The notes beneath the pieces are model-generated. The model searched no databases. It was not told the DNA's origin and saw only the letters and a list, made by a program, of their open reading frames with translations. Below, one piece after another: positions 9,316 through 17,328 of a stretch of 64,000 bases of DNA. The stretch is taken from the NCBI GenBank assembly GCA_963667175.2, contig CAXXXF010000006.1, positions 96,001 to 160,000 of the forward strand. The letters are read 5' to 3'. Within the stretch, counting starts at the first letter, position 1. Each line of letters begins with the position of its first letter. Both the position numbers and the translations under genes were made by a program. Origin of the DNA: Candidatus Latescibacterota bacterium (GTDB lineage: Bacteria > Latescibacterota > UBA2968 > GCA-2709665).

Positions 9316-10266
9316 ACAGACTTCTCACTCACCAAAAAACGGGTACGGCTCGCCGGCTTCCACCAGCCTTTGTACCAGACTCGAGTACTTCAACACCTCC
9401 GTCAGCCGGGCGCGCCAATGCGGGGCGTAGAAGCCGACGAATTCCTGGAAGAACGCTCGCGCATCCTCACTGACGCCATCGAAGTATTGCGGCAGCAAAA
9501 ACCATGGCTGGTCACTGGCGTAGTTCAGCCCACGCCGGCGCATCGTGAACTCTGCGGCGGCCCGTTTTTTTACCGAGATCATCAACGAGCGCCTGAGCTT
9601 GTCGGTGTGATAGCGGCCCCGATGAATGCACAACTGGGTAAACAGCACCGCGTCACCGGGTTCCTGGTGGAGACGAACGGCGCCAGGCATATCGTTCGAA
9701 CGGTTGTGGATCCCATCATCGGCGACGCAGATCGCGTACTCTTCGGGGGAGTAGTCACGCAGGTGAGACCCCGGCACCACTTCGAGATCGTCGGTAGGGA
9801 CCAATGCGATTTGCATCTGCAACCCGGCTCCGGTCTCCGGTCTCCGGGATACGTCTGCTTCCGCACCAATCTTGTCCTTGTGCCAAAATCCGTCCTGGCT
9901 TTCTCCGGTCGGATTAAAGTAGAGGCTGCTCAGGGCGAAGAGGAATTCTTCATCCAGGGCTGCGCTCAGCGATTCGACAACCTGGGGCGACCCCATGGCA
10001 TTGAGCAGAAAGGCGAGATCGTCGGGGTGATCGCGGTGATATTCCGGGTCGTTCAGGTGCCTCATGTAATTGGCCTGGGGCCCCACCGGTGGATTGTCAC
10101 AGCGAGGAGCGCGCCGCCACTGTTCCAGCACTCGCTCACAGATCTCGCGCAGCCTTTTTGTTGTCGCTGCGTCGAACAAACCGCGCACCACGGCGTAAGA
10201 GTGTTGGCGTAGCTGCCCAGGGCACGGTTCAGTAGAAATGTTCATTATATCCTCTTGTGTTGCTGT
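9316..10266. repeat. 951-bp direct repeat, copy 2
   Basis: Matches 1419-2369 with scattered SNPs. Confidence 0.95.
9325..10245 (-). CDS. PhyH family dioxygenase, copy 2
   Basis: 306 aa; differs from copy 1 at 4 residues (R/C, Q/K, A/V, H/Y). Confidence 0.85.
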   Translation of the reverse strand: MNISTEPCPGQLRQHSYAVVRGLFDAATTKRLREICERVLEQWRRAPRCDNPPVGPQANYMRHLNDPEYHRDHPDDLAFLLNAMGSPQVVESLSAALDEEFLFALSSLYFNPTGESQDGFWHKDKIGAEADVSRRPETGAGLQMQIALVPTDDLEVVPGSHLRDYSPEEYAICVADDGIHNRSNDMPGAVRLHQEPGDAVLFTQLCIHRGRYHTDKLRRSLMISVKKRAAAEFTMRRRGLNYASDQPWFLLPQYFDGVSEDARAFFQEFVGFYAPHWRARLTEVLKYSSLVQRLVEAGEPYPFFGE

Positions 10267-10358
10267 AAGAATTGCGTCGTATTTGGACAGCAAAAATACG
10301 GACAGGCTGTCTCGTGCATTCTAACTACGTATGGAAATCAATGCTCTGTTAATTGCGG

Positions 10359-10436
10359 CTAACTACGGTATTATAGAACAGTTACTGCAATGCGTACCTG
10401 AACCGAAGATCTGCGAACATTCGGGAACATTCTACG
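10359..10436 (-). repeat. 78-bp attI-like repeat, copy A
   Basis: 68/78 identical to 21712-21789; ends in CTATAATACCGTA-GTTAGCC on the minus strand. Confidence 0.7.
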
Positions 10437-10442
10437 AAAACC

Positions 10443-10513
10443 ACGTGACTGAGGCGGGGTTGCGGGAGGCCGAAGGGAACGAAAGCGACCGATACGCAAA
10501 GCCCGTGTTAGGC
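10443..10513 (-). other. attC site with degenerate R' (GTCACGT)
   Basis: Minus strand GCCTAAC-ACGGGCTTTGCG...CGCAACCCCG-CCTCA-GTCACGT, 22 bp after the Abi gene stop. Confidence 0.65.
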
Positions 10514-10535
10514 GTTGTCGGGGCCGAGCCTTTAT

Positions 10536-11279
10536 CTACGCATCTCGATCGAGAAAAGTGTTAATCAGAAATGCACTAAGAGATCCTGCGAGATTCACCG
10601 CCAAATCAGCATGTCGAGACCGTGGCCGGTAATGTACCTGACCTTTTCCGTGGGCATCTCCATACGTGTTTCGGACTGCGCCGAGGCCTTGCACAACCGA
10701 AGTGCACCCTCCGAGAATTTGCTTGAAGATCTGTTCACTGTGGCCGCCGGGCGACAGGTTGAGCGCAGAAGCGACAGCCTTATAGAGCTTAGGAAGATCG
10801 TCTGCAGCATTATACGGGAGTTTGAGTTCGTCCAGGATGAACTTGCAGGTTGACTCCAACATAGATCTGGCGGCCGTGATGGCACCTTCAGGATCGTCGA
10901 GCCTACGCTTCGATGCGCGTTCCCAAGCCTCGAGTACGGCCTCAGCAGAAACATTCTCAAGACTCGCGAATACTGAATCGGCTGCCTGAATGATCTCTCG
11001 GTTTCGGACGTACTCCTGGATGTTGTCAAACTCAGCATTCAGGAAGGTCCTTCTCTCTTCGTAGGTGGGGAACTTTCCTTTTATGAATTCCCAGAATTGA
11101 CTTCCCCATCTATTCTCCACCAGCCATACTGGGAGCTTCCTCAGCAATTCCGGCTCAGACATCAAGCCTTCCCGTGCGTATTCGTAGTCCTGATAGGATA
11201 CGTCCTTGAAGGTCGCAAGATCCACACATCTTCGCCGGAGAATTTCGATCTTCTTTTCGTTAAGCTCGTGGTCTGTCAT
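10536..11279 (-). CDS. Abortive infection family protein (Abi_C, AbiJ-like)
   Basis: FWEFIK..YEERR N-domain; DPEGAITAARSMLESTCKFIL; RNTYGDAHG HEPN-like motif. Confidence 0.8.
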   Translation of the reverse strand: MTDHELNEKKIEILRRRCVDLATFKDVSYQDYEYAREGLMSEPELLRKLPVWLVENRWGSQFWEFIKGKFPTYEERRTFLNAEFDNIQEYVRNREIIQAADSVFASLENVSAEAVLEAWERASKRRLDDPEGAITAARSMLESTCKFILDELKLPYNAADDLPKLYKAVASALNLSPGGHSEQIFKQILGGCTSVVQGLGAVRNTYGDAHGKGQVHYRPRSRHADLAVNLAGSLSAFLINTFLDRDA

Positions 11280-11474
11280 GACGTGTAGAGAGTCCTCATG
11301 ATCGAAGGGCTTCACAGTCTTCAGCCCCAACACTAAGACGTCTCTTTCTCCCTAGTCCTTAAATAAGCGGGTTTTTGCGGATTTTTATGTACAAAAGTAC
11401 CGGAAAGACTTACCTTATAGGGAGTTAGCAGTATCTGTCGGGAAATTGCTACTCCAACAAAAGGGGCCTTTCCG

Positions 11475-12986
11475 GTGAAAAGAATATCGACAAAAAACAG
11501 TCGCAGGAACAGTGAAAAATGCAGGCGTCGTGTACGTGCCCGGCATCGGCGTGCGCGTGGATTTTGTGCGCAAGCCAGGCCGTTGTTTGGCAGCGGTAAC
11601 GCGCGTTACGAGGTGGGCGCCTCGGCAGAAGCGATGAACTATGGCGGCATTACAGCCGCGCATCGTCTGGTGACGAAGTTGGGATTGGTCAAAAAGATTG
11701 ACGAGAGGCTGGCGTTGTTGAAGGTGCATCTGCCGTATCATGAGTCGGATCACGTGTTGAGCCTTACCTACAACGTGATGTGCGGTGGCACGTGTCTGGA
11801 GGACATCGAGCGTTTGCGGCACGACGAGGCGTATATGAATGCCCTGGAGGCGGAGATCATCCCGGACCCGACCACTGCGGGCGACTTCATGCGTCGCTTT
11901 AGTGAAGCGGACGTGATCGCGCTGATGGACTGCATCAACGCGGTACGCCCCAAGCTGTGGTGCAAACGCGCTGCCGACTTGTTGTCAGGGGTGGCCTACA
12001 TCGACGTGGATGGCACGAGTGCCCCGACGTATGGAGAGAAGAAGGGCGGTATGGACATCTCCTACAAGGGCGTGTGGGGGTATGCCCCCCTGATCGTGTC
12101 GTTGGCCAACACCAAAGAGGTGCTGTACGTGGTCAACCGTCCCGGCAACGCGCCGTCTCACCAGGGTGCCGCCCCCTGGATCGATGCGGCCATTGACCTG
12201 GTGAAGCCCCATGTGGGGCGCGTGTGCCTGCGCGGCGACACGGACTTTTCGCTGACGGCGCACTTCGATGGCTGGGCCGAGGACGTCGATTTTATCTTTG
12301 GGATGGACTGCAATAACGCCTTACGAACACGTGCCGAGGCCCTTGAAGAAGCCGACTGGCAGCGCCTGCACCGGCCTGAAGCGACACAGAAAAGAAAGCG
12401 GCGCGACAATGAAAAGCAGCGTATCGTCAGGCAACGGGGCTACCTCAAGCTTTCGCTCAACTATGAAGACGTGGCTTCCTTTGACTATCAGCCCGGCAAG
12501 TGCGAACGATCCTACCGCATCGTGGCCCTACGCAAGAACATCAGTAAGACCAAAGGGGAGCACACCCTCTTCGACGATGTCCGATATTTCTTCTACATCA
12601 CCACACGCAGTGACCTCACCGCCGCACAGGTCGTCGCGACTGCCAACCAGCGATGCGACCAGGAAAACGTCATCGAACAACTCAAAAACGGCGTCAATGC
12701 CCTGCGCGTGCCCCTGTATGACCTGGTCAGCAACTGGGCCTACATGGTCATCGCCGCACTGGCATGGAACATCAAGTCGTGGTTCGCCCTGATGATGCAT
12801 CGAATAAAACACCGCCGAGAATATATCCGGATGGACTTTCGCACCTTCCTCAACCACATCATCCTGTTTCCCTGTCGCGTCGTGAAACACGCACGAAGCA
12901 CCACCATACGCATCATCGGCTATCGGCCGTCACTCAATAGACTCCTGGGCGCTTGGAGCACCATCCAACGCACAGGCTTCACATGA
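11475..12986 (+). CDS. IS1380-family DDE transposase
   Basis: IDVDGT, LRGDTDF, RCDQENVIEQLKNG DDE motifs. Confidence 0.9.
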   Translation: MKRISTKNSRRNSEKCRRRVRARHRRARGFCAQARPLFGSGNARYEVGASAEAMNYGGITAAHRLVTKLGLVKKIDERLALLKVHLPYHESDHVLSLTYNVMCGGTCLEDIERLRHDEAYMNALEAEIIPDPTTAGDFMRRFSEADVIALMDCINAVRPKLWCKRAADLLSGVAYIDVDGTSAPTYGEKKGGMDISYKGVWGYAPLIVSLANTKEVLYVVNRPGNAPSHQGAAPWIDAAIDLVKPHVGRVCLRGDTDFSLTAHFDGWAEDVDFIFGMDCNNALRTRAEALEEADWQRLHRPEATQKRKRRDNEKQRIVRQRGYLKLSLNYEDVASFDYQPGKCERSYRIVALRKNISKTKGEHTLFDDVRYFFYITTRSDLTAAQVVATANQRCDQENVIEQLKNGVNALRVPLYDLVSNWAYMVIAALAWNIKSWFALMMHRIKHRREYIRMDFRTFLNHIILFPCRVVKHARSTTIRIIGYRPSLNRLLGAWSTIQRTGFT

Positions 12987-13163
12987 CCGCAACCGCAGCA
13001 ATCCTGATCACATACAAACCCATACACAACGGCCACCACGACGTAGCGGACAATTACGCCTACAACACAACCCGACACCGACAACCCTACGTGCCAATAT
13101 AGGGTGAGACAACTCCCCCTTCGAGATTAATGTCGTATTAATGGGCGGAGAGGAGAGCACGAG

Positions 13164-13637
13164 ATGCGGTCAAGAACCGATGTTGGAGACAACGGCAGCA
13201 GCAGCAAGGGGTCTCTGGTTGTGGAGGTCCCGCGCGGGACCTCCACAACCACGAGGCCGGATCCGGAAGTGGTGGCGCGTGCGAAGCGTCGCCGGTTCAC
13301 GGCAAAGTACAAGCTTCGCATCCTGGAAGAGGCGGACGCTTGTCGCGCTCCTGGTGAAGTCGGCGCGCTGCTGCGCCGCGAGGGACTGTATTCCTCGCAG
13401 TTGACGCAGTGGCGTCGTGCGCGTCGTGAGGGGTCGCTCAAGGCGCTGTCGAAGCTGCGGGGACCCAAGGGACATCGCCGCGACGAGGTGGCCGTCGAGA
13501 ACCAGCACCTGCGCAAGGAGAACGCCCGTTTGCGGCGACGATTGGAACAGGCGAACACGATCCTCGAGATCCAAAAAAAAGCCTCCGAGATCCTGGGCAT
13601 CCCCCTGAATCCGCCAGCAGGCGACGACGACGTATGA
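13164..13637 (+). CDS. IS3-family transposase OrfA
   Basis: RRRFTAKYKLRIL, LLRREGLYSSQLTQWR HTH; ATGA overlap with OrfB. True start may be later. Confidence 0.85.
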   Translation: MRSRTDVGDNGSSSKGSLVVEVPRGTSTTTRPDPEVVARAKRRRFTAKYKLRILEEADACRAPGEVGALLRREGLYSSQLTQWRRARREGSLKALSKLRGPKGHRRDEVAVENQHLRKENARLRRRLEQANTILEIQKKASEILGIPLNPPAGDDDV

Positions 13638-14680
13638 TACGGGCCTGCCTGCGCCGAGCCCCGCGCGGCAGGCAGGCGGCAGAACAACTGGCCCCGAAGG
13701 TCGGGTTGGCTTCCGCGTGCCGGGCGCTGGGTGTGGCGCGGGCATCGGTCTACCGTGCGCGTCAGCCAGCCCAACGCGGGCCTCGTGGCGCACGGTCCTC
13801 GTCGCCACGTGCGCTTTCCCAAAACGAGCGCGCTACCGTGCTGGACATCCTGCACGAGGACCGCTTCGTAGACCAGGCGCCACCGGCAGTCTACGCCGCG
13901 CTGCTCGAGGAAGGGCGGTATGTCTGCTCGATCCGGACCATGTACCGTCTGCTGCACGATGCAGGAGAGGTGCCCCAGCGGCGACACCAGCGGCGTCATC
14001 CACGTCTGGAACCGCCCCGCTTGATGGCGGATGCGCCCAACCAGGTCTGGACATGGGATATCACGCGGCTGCCAGGAACCCGCAAGTGGGAAACCTATCC
14101 CCTCTACGTCGTACTGGATCTGTTCTCACGCTATGTCGTGGCCTGGATGGTCGCCACAAGAGAAAGCGCCACATACGCCAAGCGCCTGATCACCAACGCC
14201 TGCACCAAGCAGGGCATTCAACCCGGACAACTGACGCTGCACCAGGACCGCGGCGCACCCATGACAGCCAAGACGTTTTCGCAGTTGCTGATGGACCTCG
14301 ACATCCTGGCCAGCTACGCTCGACCCCGCGTCTCCGATGACAACCCGTATTCCGAAAGCCAATTCAAAACGCTCAAATACGCGCCTTCATACCCCGGGCG
14401 CTTCACCAACCCGCAAGAAGCCCGCACCTATTTACAGGCCTTCTTTTCCTGGTACAACACACAACACCGGCACAGCGGACTGGGCTTACTCACGCCCGAC
14501 ACCGTCCACCACGGGCTCACACAGCAGGTTCAAGCCGCCAGACAATCGGTGCTGGACCAGGCTTATCACAACCACCCTGAACGATTTGTAAAGGGGCATC
14601 CTCGGCCACCACGCGTTCCAGACCAAGTCTGGATTAACCAACCACAGAACACCATCGAATGCCATCAGTTGCTTCACTAA
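13634..14680 (+). CDS. IS3-family transposase OrfB (rve integrase core)
   Basis: PNQVWTWDIT, DLFSRYVVAW, HQDRG, DNPYSESQFKTLK. Confidence 0.9.
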   Translation: MIRACLRRAPRGRQAAEQLAPKVGLASACRALGVARASVYRARQPAQRGPRGARSSSPRALSQNERATVLDILHEDRFVDQAPPAVYAALLEEGRYVCSIRTMYRLLHDAGEVPQRRHQRRHPRLEPPRLMADAPNQVWTWDITRLPGTRKWETYPLYVVLDLFSRYVVAWMVATRESATYAKRLITNACTKQGIQPGQLTLHQDRGAPMTAKTFSQLLMDLDILASYARPRVSDDNPYSESQFKTLKYAPSYPGRFTNPQEARTYLQAFFSWYNTQHRHSGLGLLTPDTVHHGLTQQVQAARQSVLDQAYHNHPERFVKGHPRPPRVPDQVWINQPQNTIECHQLLH

Positions 14681-14890
14681 TTTCCAACGGGAGGTGTCTC
14701 ATTTCTATTGACACGTTCCGCAACACACCCCTGACGGCCACCTCTAACACACCAACAGACGCTCCGCTAACGCCAAAACGACCGCACGCATACCTCAATA
14801 CGCAACACATACACCGCATTCAAACAAAACGTCACACAACTCTGACGCTCTGTACAACAAATATCAATACTCGCTTATTTTAGGCCTAGT

Positions 14891-15120
14891 CTTGGCGGTC
14901 GACTCTTTCTTTCATTCTTGTAGGATTCAAACCAGGAGACTTTGTCAAATCCTGTATAGTCACTTCAATACCTCCAAAAGCCGTTTTCCATCGCGGTGGC
15001 CGGATTTAGACCTACAACGAAAATCTTGCAGTCGTAGGGCGAACTCTGACACACAAATGGTCTACAATTCTCAGATAGAATCGCGCTTAGCCTTCTCCGA
15101 AATTCCGCATGCTTTGTCAC
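14891..15120 (-). pseudogene. 5' part of a disrupted cassette gene (UDG-superfamily-like N-terminus)
   Basis: Manual translation MTKHAEFRRRL...RPFVCQSSPYDCKIFVVGLNPATAMENGFWRY*SDYTGFDK... has an internal TGA. It is split by IS1380 and continues at 11350 as (RLG)RKRRLSV. Confidence 0.5.
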
Positions 15121-15219
15121 TTGAGATACCGCCTATTTTCCAATGCTGTGATTTGGAATGGTCTGTTCTTTACGCGCCATGTATTGGAAGTGGCCCACAA
15201 TCAATGGCAAATACGCATT

Positions 15220-15294
15220 TATTAACGGCTTAGCGTCTACCGCAAGGGCTTGAGCGTAGCGAAGGCCATGTCGGTCAGCATTGCCTTGTTAGAT
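15220..15294 (-). other. attC site (classical type)
   Basis: Minus strand ATCTAAC-AAGGC-AATGCTGACCG...CGGTAGACGC-TAAGCC-GTTAATA, 75 bp. Confidence 0.85.
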
Positions 15295-15973
15295 CGCCTT
15301 TGCATACCTTGACACGACGAGAAAACATCTGCACTAAGCGAGAAGGCCTCCTCTGCTCACAGGACATCGCCTCCTGAAAAGAATGAGCACGGAACCGGCA
15401 GACAAAGTCGAGGTCAAGCGTGCCGGATGTGCTTCGTACGTTCCAGTAGTTCCCTGTAAGCCTCCTGGGGTTTCTCGGCGGTCCTTCGATAGCGAGTCGA
15501 GTGGCGCCGTAGTGCATCGGGCTGCGTGTTTGTTGATGCTGGATCTCTGGCTCGTTCAAGTAAACCGTAGCAAGCAAGAATCGTTCGCCAGCTTCCTCGG
15601 AAATGGATGCCGCCACTGTTGTCGAGGAAGACTCTCGAGTGTACTGACGAACGTTCAGCCCATCGACGGTCTGTGTTACCACTATGGCCACATCGATTGG
15701 CCCACGTGGCTTGACTTCGCCATCGTGGATATAGTTCGATTTGAGTTTGCCCACCCACGTTCCGGTCAACCGAGGGGTCTTCGTCAATAGATGCACTACT
15801 GGCCAGTACCAGGTCCAGTGTTTAAAAACAAACCCTGTGGAAGTCAAAACACCCACTGCGACTGAGAAAGGGACCAGAAAGCTCCATGCTAGTTGGACTC
15901 CCTGTACGAACAGATAGATAGACCAAGTAGCGGCGACGAGCGCAACAATTATTGTGGCGTATGTTCTACTCAT
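15275..15973 (-). CDS. cap15: CBASS Cap15-like 2TM/beta-barrel effector
   Basis: Two N-terminal TM helices, PRLTGTWVGKLKS, TRESSS, YLNEP, HYGAT, LTGNYWN; ATGA-coupled to the CD-NTase. Confidence 0.8.
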   Translation of the reverse strand: MSRTYATIIVALVAATWSIYLFVQGVQLAWSFLVPFSVAVGVLTSTGFVFKHWTWYWPVVHLLTKTPRLTGTWVGKLKSNYIHDGEVKPRGPIDVAIVVTQTVDGLNVRQYTRESSSTTVAASISEEAGERFLLATVYLNEPEIQHQQTRSPMHYGATRLAIEGPPRNPRRLTGNYWNVRSTSGTLDLDFVCRFRAHSFQEAMSCEQRRPSRLVQMFSRRVKVCKGDLTRQC

Positions 15974-16941
15974 TGCCTGAATCCCACGTGTTGCCAAGCA
16001 CGGATCAGGAACTCATGCGCGGTCGCCTTGGACCACGGCTGTGTGATTCCGAAAAGCCACTTCAAACCGCTTACCTCGACAAGAACGAGGTCTTCGGTCT
16101 CGGGTTTCGTCTTGTTCCAGAGTTGTGCCACGACCGCCTGCACGTCATCGTATAGATCTTTTTTCTGGTAGCAATCATTGGACGCGTTATAAGCGAGGCA
16201 CTCGAGTAGAAATGATGGTACGTCGGCAGCGGTTCTTGCCGCCGTGCTTCCTGCCTCCTGCATGTCGTCACGCAATCGCTTCAGGATCCGAGTAACACGC
16301 TTATACCGCCGCCCAGTAAGGTCATTTTTGGCGACGCCCTTGTCATAGTGTTGCTCATGCCAGTTGATAATCTTCCTGTTTTCACTTCCGCGCATTTCTA
16401 CACCTTCGAGGTAGTGCCAAGTACCATCGCTGTTCTTCCTGCCTGTGTATCGACGGTGCTCCAAAAAGACGGCTACGTCGGCGTCAAGCCGCGCGCTAGT
16501 TTCATGTACATCAAACGCCTTTGTACCCGATGTTACGCCATCTGCACCAAACTTGCTGGCGAGAGCGCGACCCACGTCCGTGCGGAAATTGGAAAGTCCG
16601 TAGGATGTATCAGTGAATCCAAGGTCGGAAGCCTGAGGAGGCTTACCTGATGGGTATTCTGGAAAGAAGCTATCATGGAGAACCACGGCAACATCGATGT
16701 CACTCTCAAGCCGTGTGTTCGTATTGTTTCTGTAGGAGCCAGTGGCGTACACACTTGTCTGTTTGGTCTTTAAAGGCTGATGCTCGTGGATCGCTTGGCG
16801 GATCATTCTCGCTGCGCGGGCGGCTTTGGCTTCCTCCGTATCGCTTGCGGGTTTGGACCATGAGGTGAACAGGGCTTTCCAGTCGCGAGGCATCGTCATC
16901 TCCGGTGCTTGAACACGTTGGCGTTGCGAGTTGGTTCGCAT
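15970..16941 (-). CDS. CBASS cGAS/DncV-like nucleotidyltransferase (CdnE-like); start possibly 16893
   Basis: GSYRNNTNTRLESDIDVAV, DADVA, KNDLTGRRYKRVTRILKRL, PSFLLECLAYN, LKWLFG. Confidence 0.88.
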   Translation of the reverse strand: MRTNSQRQRVQAPEMTMPRDWKALFTSWSKPASDTEEAKAARAARMIRQAIHEHQPLKTKQTSVYATGSYRNNTNTRLESDIDVAVVLHDSFFPEYPSGKPPQASDLGFTDTSYGLSNFRTDVGRALASKFGADGVTSGTKAFDVHETSARLDADVAVFLEHRRYTGRKNSDGTWHYLEGVEMRGSENRKIINWHEQHYDKGVAKNDLTGRRYKRVTRILKRLRDDMQEAGSTAARTAADVPSFLLECLAYNASNDCYQKKDLYDDVQAVVAQLWNKTKPETEDLVLVEVSGLKWLFGITQPWSKATAHEFLIRAWQHVGFRQ

Positions 16942-17042
16942 CTAGGATGATCTGTCTAACTAGTGATTAACGGCCCGTAAGCAGAATGTACCCTGGTACT
17001 CTGCAGATACTGCAAGATTCTCATGATTCAATTTCCGCTTTC

Positions 17043-17133
17043 AACTAACGGTTTCATCATTTACGACCCCGCGTACATGGGGTGCCGAAGGCTAGTAACC
17101 GACTGGGCCCCAGCGTAAATGGGAGTGTCGAAA
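17043..17133 (-). other. Degenerate attC-like hairpin
   Basis: Minus strand TTTCGAC-ACTCC-CATTTACG...CGTAAATG-ATGAAACC-GTTAGTT; R'' has GAC instead of AAC. Confidence 0.45.
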
Positions 17134-17328
17134 AGTACGGTTTCCGTAGAAAGAGTAGCTTGTCACGGATCGCCCTAATCAGGCCACCCAAGGATTGTTA
17201 ATGATCGCCCATATGCGGCCAATGCGGGATCGGCCTAATGAGGCCACCTGGGATGCGATAAAGGTTTCGGACTATCTGGCAACGGTTCTACCTTCTTTCT
17301 GTCTCCCCGACAGTCAGGAGGGAAGGAC

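Larger units (their letters stand above)
13085..14720 (+). mobile_element. IS3-family element nested in the IS1380 3' non-coding region
   Basis: Imperfect IRs ACGTGCCAATATAGGGTGAGACAACTCC and GGAGGTGTCTCATTTCTATTGACACGT; probable 3-bp duplication CAA. Confidence 0.8.
11357..14884 (+). mobile_element. IS1380-family insertion sequence containing a nested IS3
   Basis: Terminal IRs CCTTAAATAAGCGGGT and ACTCGCTTATTTTAGG; flanking 6-bp duplication CCTAGT at 11351-11356 and 14885-14890. Confidence 0.85.

Noticed and set aside
10359-10380. dif/Xer site interpretation of the TAA-N8-TTA motifs
   Set aside because: The spacer is 7-8 bp rather than 6, and there is no XerD arm (TTATGTTAAAT); an attI-like reading fits better.
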